The notes: a model not told the origin generated them from the sequence alone. A DNA stretch of 38,152 nucleotides from Candidatus Uhrbacteria bacterium (GCA_014728435.1 WJLP01000096.1:1-38152), one strand, 5' to 3'; shown: positions 1 to 8,576, counted from the stretch's first letter. Program-made: numbers and translations.

Positions 1-118
1 ATGCCAGCTTAACTTTTCTATGACAAAATCGACAACGCAAACAACATTCGGGATGATGTGTAGAATCTTGTGGATCGCAATTGCAAAAGATCGATTGTTT
101 ATCCGTATCTTGCCGCAT
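1..118 (-). CDS. 5' end of a CDS running off the left edge; Cys-rich N-terminus (MRQDTDKQSIFCNCDPQDSTHHPECCLRCRFCHRKVKLA...)
   Basis: My own translation, not in the ORF track. ATG at 118-116 on the minus strand is preceded by GGAGGAG (complement of 121-127). The frame stays open to the window edge. Confidence 0.4.
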   Translation of the reverse strand, partial: MRQDTDKQSIFCNCDPQDSTHHPECCLRCRFCHRKVKLA

Positions 119-243
119 GTCTCCTCCGATTACAGCTTTTTATCAGTGTACGCGCTTTAAGTCAACCGATAAGAAGTCAAAATATCTTGACCAAGAGCGC
201 GTTTACTGCTAGGTTTTTGACAGTTCTTTAACAGGAGCAAAAC

Positions 244-1134
244 ATGCAACAAAGTAAAATTAAAGAAGCGGTTAATGTTTTTAAGCATAAAAATGCCACT
301 CGAGCGATTTTTTCGGATATCGACGGCACGGTCTATCAATGGCAATTGCTCATAGATCTTGTTCTGGCGATAGCCAAGAATTATCCTGAAAAGCGTTCAA
401 TAGTTAAGCCCCTTAGAGCGGTCATTGTGGGCTACAAAAGACGCGAAACTCCTTTCCGAGTCGTTATCGATGTACTCATCAGCATCATTCCCCATGTTTT
501 CAAAGGTGTAAATAAAAAACGAGTTCAAAAATTCGCGGCCGCCCGAGCGCGCAGCGTGCAAAGCAAGGTTTACGTTTTTCCAAAGGAAATGCTTAAAATC
601 GCGAAAAGCCTTGACGGCACGGATGACCCGTACGTGCTCATCGCCATCACCGGTGCCCCGCAAGAAGTGGCCGAACCTTTCTGCGCGCAACTTGGCTTTG
701 ACGTGGTTATCGGCTCTTACTATCAGGCCAATCGCCGCGGAACCTACACGGGCGAGCGCGATATCGATTCCGGAATTAACAAAGGTGCGTATATCGATGC
801 GATCGATTCACTTTACGCGATCGACTTTGAACGAAGTATCGCCAAAGGTGATTCGGAACACGATCATGACATGTTTGATCGCTGTGGTTATGCGTATGCG
901 ATTAATCCCAATACCACACTGGTTCACAAACTGCGTGAAAGCGCCAAAGATGAGAGTTGGTACATTGTTCGCGATGGGCAAAAATCAGGTGTTCAGATTA
1001 GTGCCGTTAATCAAGATGGAGCTTTGTACGAAGTCTGCGCCTCTTGCGCGATGCCGCCTGATATTGCAAGTGTTTTTCCTCTGCTGCCGGGCATGCTCGA
1101 TCCAGAAAACTGCGCTTGTTCGAGCAATGTCTAA
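244..1134 (+). CDS. HAD-superfamily hydrolase, subfamily IB (phosphoserine-phosphatase-like) with a Cys-rich C-terminal tail
   Basis: DxDxT motif (FSDIDGTVY) and a late GDSEHD motif. An AGGAG Shine-Dalgarno lies 6 nt upstream of the ATG. Confidence 0.8.
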   Translation: MQQSKIKEAVNVFKHKNATRAIFSDIDGTVYQWQLLIDLVLAIAKNYPEKRSIVKPLRAVIVGYKRRETPFRVVIDVLISIIPHVFKGVNKKRVQKFAAARARSVQSKVYVFPKEMLKIAKSLDGTDDPYVLIAITGAPQEVAEPFCAQLGFDVVIGSYYQANRRGTYTGERDIDSGINKGAYIDAIDSLYAIDFERSIAKGDSEHDHDMFDRCGYAYAINPNTTLVHKLRESAKDESWYIVRDGQKSGVQISAVNQDGALYEVCASCAMPPDIASVFPLLPGMLDPENCACSSNV

Positions 1135-1164
1135 CTTCGCGTCCATGCGAGGTTTTTTTGTTTT
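1135..1164 (+). terminator. Intrinsic terminator after the HAD gene
   Basis: Stem cttcgc/gcgagg (6 bp, one G-U), loop gtccat, followed by a T7 run. Confidence 0.6.
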
Positions 1165-1230
1165 AACGCCTCTTGGCTCTGCGTAAAGGCAATTTGCTCA
1201 ATAATTGCGCATCACGTAAGCTGTTTCGGT

Positions 1231-2748
1231 ATGAATTATAGTTACAAAACCGATGCAATCGGATCGTATAACACCGATATTTTGGTTGTGGGTCTATGGG
1301 CCGATGACGAACCGAAAGTTAAAATCACCGCATTACCGGAAGCTTTAAATAAAGATTTATCCGCCGAGCTCAAACGCCGCGGTTTTTCCGGCAGAGAAGC
1401 GGATACCGCCATGTTGCCGCTTTTGGGCAGAGGTAAAATCAAGCACATATTTTTTGCCGGACTGGGGGAGAAAAAGAAGTTTCATGACACAAGCTTAAGA
1501 TCTTTTGCGGCGCGCGTAGTTAAGCAGGCCAATGGCATTAAAGCCAAAGACGTTGTTTTGGATACGGGAATAGTCTCGATTATGAAAAAAACCCCTGAAG
1601 CCGCGCAATATTTGGCCGAGGGGTTTGAATTGGCATCATATCACTTTACCGGCTTTCGCAAACACACCAGAAAAGACGAAGAAAAGAAAAAGACGCTCAC
1701 CGAAGTTATCATCTCAATTAAAACCGCCAAACAACAAAAAGAATTACAGCAGGGTGTTGAAGTCGGGAAAATTTATGCCCGCGGCACGGCTTTGGCCCGC
1801 GATTTGGTTAACACTCCGGCCATGGATATGCATCCGGGTGAAATGGCTGGGGTGGCGCAAGCTCTCGCTGTTCGCGGTTCGGGCATCACATGCAAAGTCC
1901 GCGGCCAAGAAGAAATGCAGGGTTTGGGTATGCACGCGTCAATCGCTGTCGCGGCCGGCTCCAGGCACGAAGCCAAATTCATCCACCTAACTTATAAACC
2001 CAAGCCCGGGAAGGGGACGGTGAAAAAGATCGTTTTGGTCGGTAAGGCCGTTACTTTTGACGCGGGCGGACTTAACCTTAAACCTGAAAACGGCATCACT
2101 GACATGAAGATCGATATGGCGGGCGGAGCATCCGTGCTCGGCGTCTTCAAATCCCTCGCCGAACTCCGGCCCAACGTCGAAGTCCACGGCCTGCTCATCG
2201 CTGTCGAAAATATGCCCGGCGGCCATGCGTACCGCCCCGGTGACGTTGTCTCGGCCATGGACGGCACAACTATCGAAGTCGAAAATACGGACGCGGAAGG
2301 CCGTATCACGCTCGCCGACGCGCTCGCATACGCCTCGCAAAAAATCAAACCCGATTACATGATAGACCTCGCGACACTCACGGGCGCGGTTATTATCGCT
2401 TTGGGTAACGAAATTACGGGCATGCTCGGCACCAGTCCTGAAATTAAAAAAGCCTTAAACAAGGCTTCCAAGCAAGCCGGTGAAAATATCTGGGAGTTGC
2501 CCATGTACTCGCATTACCGCGACTTGCTCAAATCAAAAATAGCCGATGTTAAAAACGTGGGCGGCCGCCCCGCCGGCATCATTACAGCCGCCCAGTTTCT
2601 CGAAAAATTCATTCACGATACACCGTGGGCGCACCTCGACATCGCGGGCCCGGCCTATGCGGAGAAAGAATTCAAGCCCGAAATCCAGGTCGGCGGCACG
2701 GGTTGGGGAGTAAGGATGCTGTTAAATTACTTGCGTAATTTAAAATAA
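1231..2748 (+). CDS. pepA: Leucyl aminopeptidase, M17 family
   Basis: 505 aa. Carries the M17 signature NTDAEGR (VENTDAEGRITLADAL) plus VGKAVTFDAGGLNLKP and DMAGGA. Confidence 0.93.
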   Translation: MNYSYKTDAIGSYNTDILVVGLWADDEPKVKITALPEALNKDLSAELKRRGFSGREADTAMLPLLGRGKIKHIFFAGLGEKKKFHDTSLRSFAARVVKQANGIKAKDVVLDTGIVSIMKKTPEAAQYLAEGFELASYHFTGFRKHTRKDEEKKKTLTEVIISIKTAKQQKELQQGVEVGKIYARGTALARDLVNTPAMDMHPGEMAGVAQALAVRGSGITCKVRGQEEMQGLGMHASIAVAAGSRHEAKFIHLTYKPKPGKGTVKKIVLVGKAVTFDAGGLNLKPENGITDMKIDMAGGASVLGVFKSLAELRPNVEVHGLLIAVENMPGGHAYRPGDVVSAMDGTTIEVENTDAEGRITLADALAYASQKIKPDYMIDLATLTGAVIIALGNEITGMLGTSPEIKKALNKASKQAGENIWELPMYSHYRDLLKSKIADVKNVGGRPAGIITAAQFLEKFIHDTPWAHLDIAGPAYAEKEFKPEIQVGGTGWGVRMLLNYLRNLK

Positions 2749-2862
2749 CTAATCATCAAATCTCAATCACCGATAAATTACCAAATTTCAATCACCAAAT
2801 AACCAAATTGGTTATTATCAGTTATTTATTTGGATATTGGAGCTCGATGATTGGTTATTAGA
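2749..2862. repeat. Long imperfect low-complexity inverted repeat built from aatcaccaa/aataaccaa k-mers, centred on aaccaa-a-ttggtt (2801-2813)
   Basis: Read directly: the left arm is rich in atcaccaaataaccaa and the right arm in ttggttatt...gattggttatt. It lies between the pepA stop and the next promoter. Confidence 0.5.
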
Positions 2863-2871
2863 GTAATTTTA

Positions 2872-2880
2872 TGCTATACT
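2872..2880 (+). promoter_or_regulatory. Extended -10 promoter element TGcTATACT
   Basis: tgctatact. The same 11-mer tgctatactta recurs upstream of the major pilin (31891). It overlaps the ATG the ORF track used at 2871. Confidence 0.45.
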
Positions 2881-2897
2881 TAGTACTGTTGATAAGT

Positions 2898-3161
2898 ATG
2901 CATATAACTATCTATACAACGCCAACCTGCCCCTACTGCAAATTGGCCAAAGATTACTTCAAAGATAGAGATATTACTTATAAAGAAATCGATGTAGCCG
3001 CAGATCCTGCCGCGGCCAATGAAATGGTTAAAAAGTCCGGCCAAATGGGTGTTCCTGTAATAGAAATTGGTGATGAAATAGTCGTGGGCTGGAACGAATC
3101 CGCTGTTGAAGAAATCCTCAAAAAGTCCAAGTCATCCAAAAAAGAAAAGCAAAAAGCTTAA
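2898..3161 (+). CDS. Glutaredoxin-like protein (NrdH/YruB-type thioredoxin fold)
   Basis: MHITIYTTPTCPYCKLAKDYF carries a CPYC active site, and GVPVIEIGDEIVVGW is typical of Grx. I moved the start to the internal ATG at 2898 because 2871 lies inside the -10 box. Confidence 0.85.
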   Translation: MHITIYTTPTCPYCKLAKDYFKDRDITYKEIDVAADPAAANEMVKKSGQMGVPVIEIGDEIVVGWNESAVEEILKKSKSSKKEKQKA

Positions 3162-3180
3162 ACGCATAAACTAACAAAAT

Positions 3181-3393
3181 ATGCCAACACCAAAAAAACG
3201 CAAGCCCGCCACAAAACGCAGGGCAAATACTAAAAATTGCAGTTCCAAAAACTGCAAGAATCACGACGCCTTCGACGGCTTCTTGGCTGACTTTGTAGCC
3301 AATAAAACAACCGTGCTCGTGCTTATGGCTGCTGTCTTGGGCCTTGGCGCCATGTTTTCCATGATGCTGGGTGTCAGTGCCGCGAGTTTCTAA
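3181..3393 (+). CDS. Small tail-anchored membrane protein with a Lys/Arg-rich N-terminus; function unknown
   Basis: 70-aa ORF with a basic N-terminus and one C-terminal TM segment (VLVLMAAVLGLGAMFSMMLGV). Confidence 0.45.
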   Translation: MPTPKKRKPATKRRANTKNCSSKNCKNHDAFDGFLADFVANKTTVLVLMAAVLGLGAMFSMMLGVSAASF

Positions 3394-3404
3394 GCAAGAT
3401 CAAT

Positions 3405-3452
3405 TCAAAAAAACAAAAAACGCCACATGTATTTACAGTGTGACGCTTTTTT
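3405..3452. terminator. Possible bidirectional terminator between convergent genes
   Basis: A-run, then stem cgccaca/tgtgacg (one mismatch), then a T-run. Confidence 0.45.
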
Positions 3453-3496
3453 AATATCTATTAGCTCAGACACGCCTGAATCGCGCAGTATTTTCA

Positions 3497-4021
3497 TTAG
3501 GCCTTACCCAAGGTGTCTTTACCTCTCTCCCAAGCCATGGGGCATAGTTCTCCTGTTTGCAAAGCCTCCAAAACTCGGAGAGTTTCATCCACAGATCTTC
3601 CAACCGATCCGGCGCTGATCAAAGCATACTGAATTACACCTTCCGGGTCGATGATGAACAAACCTCGATGTGCCGAACCGTCAGCCTCTTCAAGAACATC
3701 ATATTCTCTTGCGACCGCATGATTGGTATCCGCTAAAATTGGGTATTTAACATCAGGCAAGTCTCGTTCAAACCAAGCTTTATGACTCCACTCGGAATCC
3801 GTCGATGCCGCTAAAACCTTTGCGCCCAAATCTTTAAAAGCTTGTTCCTTCTCGCCAAAGCCTTTGATTTCCGTTGGGCAGACAAAAGTAAAATCACGCG
3901 GGTAAAAGAAGAAAACCAACCACTTGCCTTTATAATCAGCCAAGCTGATATTTTTAAACTCTCCATTTTGATATGCCGTCACACCTTCAAAATTAGGTGC
4001 CGGCTGATTCATTTTGATCAT
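3497..4021 (-). CDS. Typical 2-Cys peroxiredoxin (AhpC/Tsa family)
   Basis: Peroxidatic motif FTFVCPTE and resolving Cys in GELCPMAW. 174 aa. Confidence 0.92.
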   Translation of the reverse strand: MIKMNQPAPNFEGVTAYQNGEFKNISLADYKGKWLVFFFYPRDFTFVCPTEIKGFGEKEQAFKDLGAKVLAASTDSEWSHKAWFERDLPDVKYPILADTNHAVAREYDVLEEADGSAHRGLFIIDPEGVIQYALISAGSVGRSVDETLRVLEALQTGELCPMAWERGKDTLGKA

Positions 4022-4051
4022 ACTGTATAGTTTGTAAAGAATAAAGTTACA

Positions 4052-4089
4052 AGTTCATCAAGAGTAACATTAGCGACTCTTGATGAACT
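4052..4089 (-). terminator. Intrinsic terminator downstream of the superoxide dismutase gene
   Basis: Perfect 14-bp inverted repeat agttcatcaagagt/actcttgatgaact, followed on the minus strand by a T-rich run. Confidence 0.65.
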
Positions 4090-4097
4090 TTGATCTT

Positions 4098-4694
4098 TTA
4101 ACTTTTAACTTGGAGGAAGCGTTCGTTCACAGCTTCCCAATTAACATGTTTGAAGAATTCTTCAATGTAGGTCTTGCGGTCCGATCCAAAGTCGATAAAA
4201 TATGCATGTTCATAAACATCCAGCACAAGCAGGGGAATGGCACCCCACACACCGCCATGGTTATGCGCGTCGCCCGTATAAATCCTTAATTCCTTGTCGT
4301 GCATGTCCCAGGCGAGCACCACCCAGCCGCGCGCGGCCATTGCGCAAGCCGAAAAACGTTTTACAAACGCTTCCACACTGCCGAAGCTTTCGGATAAAGC
4401 GCCGGCTATTTCTCCGGATACTTCACCATTGCCGCCCATGTTTTCAAAATACCATTCATGTAAGTATGTTCCGTTCACGGCAAAGGTTTCACCGTCTTTT
4501 AAGCCTCGCAGTTCCGAATAAGTTTGATTGGCCGCTTCCAGACCCGCCTCATTCATGGCGGCAAGCTTTTCCTGCACTTCATCCTTCTTTTTTACATAAC
4601 CCGCGTAAAGCTTGTCATGATGGATCTCAAGCGTCTTATCGCTAATAGAACCTTGCGCGCCCTCAAAGGGCATTTTTTGAATTTCAGTTGACAT
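4098..4694 (-). CDS. Fe/Mn-family superoxide dismutase
   Basis: N-terminal LEIHHDKLYAGYV and the C-terminal signature DVYEHAYF (the D-x-W-E-H-A-Y-Y class). Confidence 0.93.
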   Translation of the reverse strand: MSTEIQKMPFEGAQGSISDKTLEIHHDKLYAGYVKKKDEVQEKLAAMNEAGLEAANQTYSELRGLKDGETFAVNGTYLHEWYFENMGGNGEVSGEIAGALSESFGSVEAFVKRFSACAMAARGWVVLAWDMHDKELRIYTGDAHNHGGVWGAIPLLVLDVYEHAYFIDFGSDRKTYIEEFFKHVNWEAVNERFLQVKS

Positions 4695-4749
4695 AATTAT
4701 TCCATTAAATAGTTATTATTGGTTAATTATTAGATATAAGTAGTAAATG

Positions 4750-5208
4750 CTAAATACTTTTTGTTAGTGCTTTTAATATTTCAGTCTCTTTTGGCATGCC
4801 ATACTTGTAAAAAACTATTTTGCCATCTTTATCTATCACTGCCACCGTGCGTTTAATTACCGTGGCGGAAAACAATTTTTTTATAGCTCCGTATTTTTTA
4901 CTAACCTTTTTATCTTCATCTACAAGCAGAGGAAAGGGGAATTGGTGCTTTTCGGCAAATTTGGCATGGCTTTTGGCATCCGCGTGGTTAACTCCGTAAA
5001 CGGCCGCGTCAGTTTCTTCAAACTTTGGCCAATTATCGCGGATATTGCACAACTGTATGGTGCATCCCGGAGTCATGTCGCCCGGATAAAAAATTAAAAC
5101 AACCGGCCTTTTATCTTTAAAATCTTTTAAAGATACTTCCTTGCCCTTTTGCGTTTTAAGCGTGAATGGCGGGGCTTTATCGCCGGCTTTTAAAAAAGTA
5201 TCAGGCAT
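4750..5208 (-). CDS. bcp: Thiol peroxidase Bcp (atypical 2-Cys peroxiredoxin)
   Basis: FYPGDMTPGCTIQLC gives the Bcp-type CxxxxC arrangement. 152 aa. Confidence 0.9.
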   Translation of the reverse strand: MPDTFLKAGDKAPPFTLKTQKGKEVSLKDFKDKRPVVLIFYPGDMTPGCTIQLCNIRDNWPKFEETDAAVYGVNHADAKSHAKFAEKHQFPFPLLVDEDKKVSKKYGAIKKLFSATVIKRTVAVIDKDGKIVFYKYGMPKETEILKALTKSI

Positions 5209-5300
5209 ATTTTTTATATAAATTATTATTTAGCATGTGGCAATTGGCAATTATTTAATGCAAAACTTTGATTAAATTGCTAGTGGCTGATTTTTCTTTG

Positions 5301-5675
5301 TTAATTTTTTGAAAGGCACTGCTCGCAAAGTCCTTTGGCCACAAACTGGCATTCCTCAACATGCCCCGGCCACTTGCCGACTATTTTAAGCTCCGACACG
5401 TCTTTCATGCTCCGGCAATGATTGCAGTAAAAGTGCGCATGGCACTGTGTTGCCGCGTCATAGTGCGCCGGCCCGTCATCAACATGCAGTTCCAGAATCA
5501 AATTCTCATCAACCAACTTGGCCAAATGTCGGTAAACCGTGGAACGCCCTATTCCCGGAACTTTTTTAACCATCGCCAAATAACAATCCTGGGCGGTTGG
5601 ATGGTCGTAACGAGAACGAAGCATGTCTAGCAAGATATGCATTCGCTCCGGGTCTCTAACACGTGACTTACTCAT
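5301..5675 (-). CDS. Fur-family metalloregulator, PerR-like by genomic context
   Basis: Winged-helix region (GRSTVYRHL), paired CxxC motifs (CNHC ... CEQC) and a His-rich metal site (HAHFYC). I chose the start at internal ATG 5675 because the longer ORF would read through the promoter and operator. Confidence 0.85.
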   Translation of the reverse strand: MSKSRVRDPERMHILLDMLRSRYDHPTAQDCYLAMVKKVPGIGRSTVYRHLAKLVDENLILELHVDDGPAHYDAATQCHAHFYCNHCRSMKDVSELKIVGKWPGHVEECQFVAKGLCEQCLSKN

Positions 5676-5679
5676 AAAG

Positions 5680-5694
5680 TGAGAATAATTCTCA
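5680..5694. promoter_or_regulatory. Perfect 7-1-7 palindrome TGAGAAT-A-ATTCTCA; candidate Fur-family (PerR-like) operator
   Basis: Lies 5 nt upstream of the regulator ATG. It has the same TnnnAAT-N-ATTnnnA layout as the Bacillus Fur, PerR and Zur boxes. Confidence 0.5.
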
Positions 5695-5699
5695 TTTAG

Positions 5700-5728
5700 A
5701 GAATACAACAAGCCCGGTTAATCGTCAA
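5700..5728 (-). promoter_or_regulatory. Candidate sigma-70 promoter of the Fur-family gene
   Basis: On the minus strand: TTGACG (5728-5723), 17-nt spacer, TATTCT (5705-5700). The palindrome lies just downstream of the predicted start site. Confidence 0.45.
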
Positions 5729-5755
5729 ATACCACTGTGGACAATATAGACATTT

Positions 5756-5974
5756 ATGCCTAAGTTTACTATCATTAAACAAATGGAAACCAATATCCCG
5801 CAAACAGAAAACGCCTCAGCAGAACAAGAAAAGATTAAAAAAATTCCGAATGTTAAATTCGTTTACCAAAATCCGATGTGCCTGATACCATGCGCCACCG
5901 GTTTTTGTTCATTCATTTTCGTCATCGGTTTATTTGTTTTTTTAATGATTTTTGGGTATTTTTCCAAGCATTGA
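5756..5974 (+). CDS. Small hypothetical membrane protein
   Basis: 72-aa ORF divergent from the regulator, with a C-terminal hydrophobic segment. There is no motif support. Confidence 0.3.
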   Translation: MPKFTIIKQMETNIPQTENASAEQEKIKKIPNVKFVYQNPMCLIPCATGFCSFIFVIGLFVFLMIFGYFSKH

Positions 5975-6008
5975 CTTTTTAATGTTAATAAAGCAAGATT
6001 TCAAAAAT

Positions 6009-6959
6009 ATGAAGCGATCAGTTCTGTTCCTCGCTTTAATTGGGCTCCTCGTGGTAAGCGGCGCGGGCTGTTTTCTTTTTAAGGCACAAGATGAAACTCA
6101 TCCCGCGGGGCCCAGGCCGGCGGATCTGGAAGATGTGTCACCGGCGGAAGCCGCCAAGCGCATAAATTTGGTTAAAGGCAGCCGCATCGAAATTCGCCAA
6201 GGTGATCCGCAAGCAACAAAAAACGCTGAAACATCATCTGCGAGCGATAATAAAATCGGCTTGCGGATAATTACGATCGAACGTTTCGCTCCCATGAATA
6301 TCGCCGGCTTAAGCTGGAAGCTGTCGCAAAACGTGGAGACTAAAGAATCTATCAGCGCCCGTGAACGCTATCGGGAGCAAATAGCCGCAGGCGAAGAAGC
6401 GGATGAACCGGAAATTGAGACCGAAAGGCTAACGGTTATCGGTAATCTTAAAGATATTAACCTCAAAGGTTCGCATAAACTGTTTTTACCCGCATATTGG
6501 CCTACCGGAGAGGCGGCCGTCCCGGATTTAAGCGCGATTTGGGTATCGCAGGATGTTTATGAAGAAATTACCGGCACAAAGAATTCAACAATATATTTTG
6601 GCATCATGGATAGCGCCTTGTACGGCGCCATGTCCGCGGCCGACAGTTTTTTCTCAGCCATCGAGGCTCTAAGCTCTGACGCCTCATCCATCGCGGACCG
6701 CATCGATGCGGATTTGACTTCAGCTGAAGAGCCGAGCACGCAAATGCTTATGGTTAACGGTCAAGAGGTCGAAGTACAGGTAATTAAAGTTCGCAATTGG
6801 TTTGGTGAAATTACGGTTCTCGACAATCCTCAAAATCCGCTTATCCTAAAAATGGCTTTCAGCACTGAAGGCAAAGAAGCATTAAAAAACTCCGGCCAAG
6901 CGGATTTCTTAAAGTCTCTCATCGGCTACGAAGTGACTCAACTAAACGGTGTGCAATAA
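6009..6959 (+). CDS. Secreted or lipoprotein of unknown function
   Basis: MKRSVLFLALIGLLVVSGAGC looks like a signal peptide with a lipobox-like GAGC. Start taken at ATG 6009. Confidence 0.65.
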   Translation: MKRSVLFLALIGLLVVSGAGCFLFKAQDETHPAGPRPADLEDVSPAEAAKRINLVKGSRIEIRQGDPQATKNAETSSASDNKIGLRIITIERFAPMNIAGLSWKLSQNVETKESISARERYREQIAAGEEADEPEIETERLTVIGNLKDINLKGSHKLFLPAYWPTGEAAVPDLSAIWVSQDVYEEITGTKNSTIYFGIMDSALYGAMSAADSFFSAIEALSSDASSIADRIDADLTSAEEPSTQMLMVNGQEVEVQVIKVRNWFGEITVLDNPQNPLILKMAFSTEGKEALKNSGQADFLKSLIGYEVTQLNGVQ

Positions 6960-7014
6960 TAGCCGCTATCCACTCTCAACCGCCTTTGGCGGTATCCGCC
7001 AACGGTCAAAATCA

Positions 7015-7644
7015 TCAGTTATTAATATCAAAGGCCTTAAAATACATGGCCTCACGGATATTTTTTAGCATCTCCAAAACTCTTTTGGGTCGCCTGCTTT
7101 GCGGATGCATTGCCGAATTCATTTGCATTTCCACAATAGCTTCTTCGATGAATAATAACTCCTCATCATCCATCACTTCATTATGCGCGGACATGAGCCA
7201 CGCGACCCTGCGCCAGCTGTTTAATAAATATTCTTCATGTTCCGCGTCATCACCGGCTTCAAGTTTGCGCATGTATTCCCAATGCAGATTCCTAATCCGT
7301 CCGTGTATCAATTGATAAATTTCCCGTTGTTCCTTTTCCAAAACAGGATATCCGTTTTTAACGGCCGCGAGTAAAAGTTTGCGCAAACGCATTCTCTCAT
7401 CCGCGCTTTGAGCTTGAGCAATGTCGCTCATCAAAGCAGTTTCAATTCTTGGGGTGTTCAGTTTTCCCAAATTTTGTACCAAATCCGCTCTGTCTGTCTG
7501 CTTAAGGTAATCCTCGACATCAAAAATCGTGGGCATTATCTCGCCCCGCTCGGCTGTCTTTACTCTTACACGCGTATTCTCCGGCTTATCATCGAAAGAG
7601 CCGGGATCTATTTCTATTGCCGCAAACGGATTAAATTCCCTCAT
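7015..7644 (-). CDS. Hypothetical protein (209 aa)
   Basis: Long ORF immediately downstream of era. ATG 7644 is preferred over the TTG at 7689, which would overlap era by 35 nt. Confidence 0.6.
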   Translation of the reverse strand: MREFNPFAAIEIDPGSFDDKPENTRVRVKTAERGEIMPTIFDVEDYLKQTDRADLVQNLGKLNTPRIETALMSDIAQAQSADERMRLRKLLLAAVKNGYPVLEKEQREIYQLIHGRIRNLHWEYMRKLEAGDDAEHEEYLLNSWRRVAWLMSAHNEVMDDEELLFIEEAIVEMQMNSAMHPQSRRPKRVLEMLKNIREAMYFKAFDINN

Positions 7645-7654
7645 AATTCTTATT

Positions 7655-8512
7655 TCAAGCGCTAAACTTTTCCGGCCATTTGGGGTCAACTCTCACGTCC
7701 AAATCAAGATGCACCGGAGTATCAAGCGCGGCCTGCAATTCTTTGCGAGCCTTCATGCCGATCTCCTTGATGGTTCTGGCACCCGCCCCAATAATCATAT
7801 GCTTGTACCTGTCGTTGGTCGTCCAAATAGTGGCATCAATGAATCTGCCGCCGCCGTTTCTAAACTTTATATCATTAACCTTCACATTAACCGTATAAGG
7901 CAATTCTTGCGCAAGTGATAAAAACACTTTCTCGCGTATCGTCTCTTGTATCCACTGCTGGTGGCCCAAATCGGTTATTTGTTGTTCAGGGTAGTATCCC
8001 GGCCCCTCGGGTAAAATTTCAAAAATAGCGCTTACTAAAGTTTTTAAATGTTTTTGTTTGGATGCCGATATTTTTACAGTGGTAGCTTGGCCAATATCCA
8101 AATCTTCAAACTCCTCGGTTGCCGGGCGCTTTTTGGGCTCCACGTCAATTTTATTGATAGCCAAAATTACAGGCTGTTTAACTTTAGCCAGAATTGATTG
8201 AATATTTTTTTCTTCAGCGCCGACTTCACGTGTTGGATCCACAACATAAACCACAGCATCAATACCCTCAAGGCTTTTCTTTACGGCCGTATTCAATTTT
8301 TTCGATAAAATATCCTTTTTACCTAAAAAGATCCCGGGCGTGTCCACAAAAACAATTTGCCCGCGCTCATCATGCAAAATCCCGCGAATCGGCATCCTCG
8401 TCGTCTGCGCCTTTGGCGTAACAATCGCCACCTTGGAACCAACGAGCGCGTTTAAAAGCGTGGACTTGCCCACGTTTGATCTGCCGACTAACACAACAAA
8501 ACCTGATTTCAT
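7655..8512 (-). CDS. era: GTPase Era
   Basis: G1 GRSNVGKST, G3 DTPG and G4 NKID, with a KH-like C-terminal domain. Start at ATG 8512 (MKSGFVVLVGR), directly behind a TGaTATAAT box. Confidence 0.93.
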   Translation of the reverse strand: MKSGFVVLVGRSNVGKSTLLNALVGSKVAIVTPKAQTTRMPIRGILHDERGQIVFVDTPGIFLGKKDILSKKLNTAVKKSLEGIDAVVYVVDPTREVGAEEKNIQSILAKVKQPVILAINKIDVEPKKRPATEEFEDLDIGQATTVKISASKQKHLKTLVSAIFEILPEGPGYYPEQQITDLGHQQWIQETIREKVFLSLAQELPYTVNVKVNDIKFRNGGGRFIDATIWTTNDRYKHMIIGAGARTIKEIGMKARKELQAALDTPVHLDLDVRVDPKWPEKFSA

Positions 8513-8519
8513 ATGCAAT

Positions 8520-8528
8520 ATTATATCA
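8520..8528 (-). promoter_or_regulatory. Extended -10 (TGaTATAAT) 7 nt upstream of the era ATG
   Basis: Reverse complement of attatatca. The geometry suggests a leaderless or near-leaderless mRNA. Confidence 0.5.
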
Positions 8529-8576
8529 CGTACTTTACTACTCGTCATAATTCCATTGGATGCGTTCAAGTGAGTG

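Noticed and set aside
2871-2897. The ORF-track start at 2871 for the glutaredoxin-like gene, and likewise the TTG start at 36911 for the 180-aa ORF.
   Set aside because: ATG 2871 lies inside a TGcTATACT extended -10 box, and the added residues (MLYLVLLIS) are not part of a Grx fold. TTG 36911 is the TTG of a TTGACA -35 hexamer. Internal ATGs give sensible genes in both cases.
4689-4703. Calling PerR/Fur boxes upstream of sod, bcp, prx and the glutaredoxin gene.
   Set aside because: Only about 8/14 matches to the TGAGAAT-N-ATTCTCA palindrome were found, in very AT-rich DNA where AAT-N-ATT occurs by chance. These are recorded in the operator finding but not annotated as sites.
7645-7689. A TTG start at 7689 that would make the 224-aa ORF overlap era by 35 nt.
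   Set aside because: An ATG at 7644 lies 10 nt after the era stop and removes the overlap. The extra 15 residues have no support.
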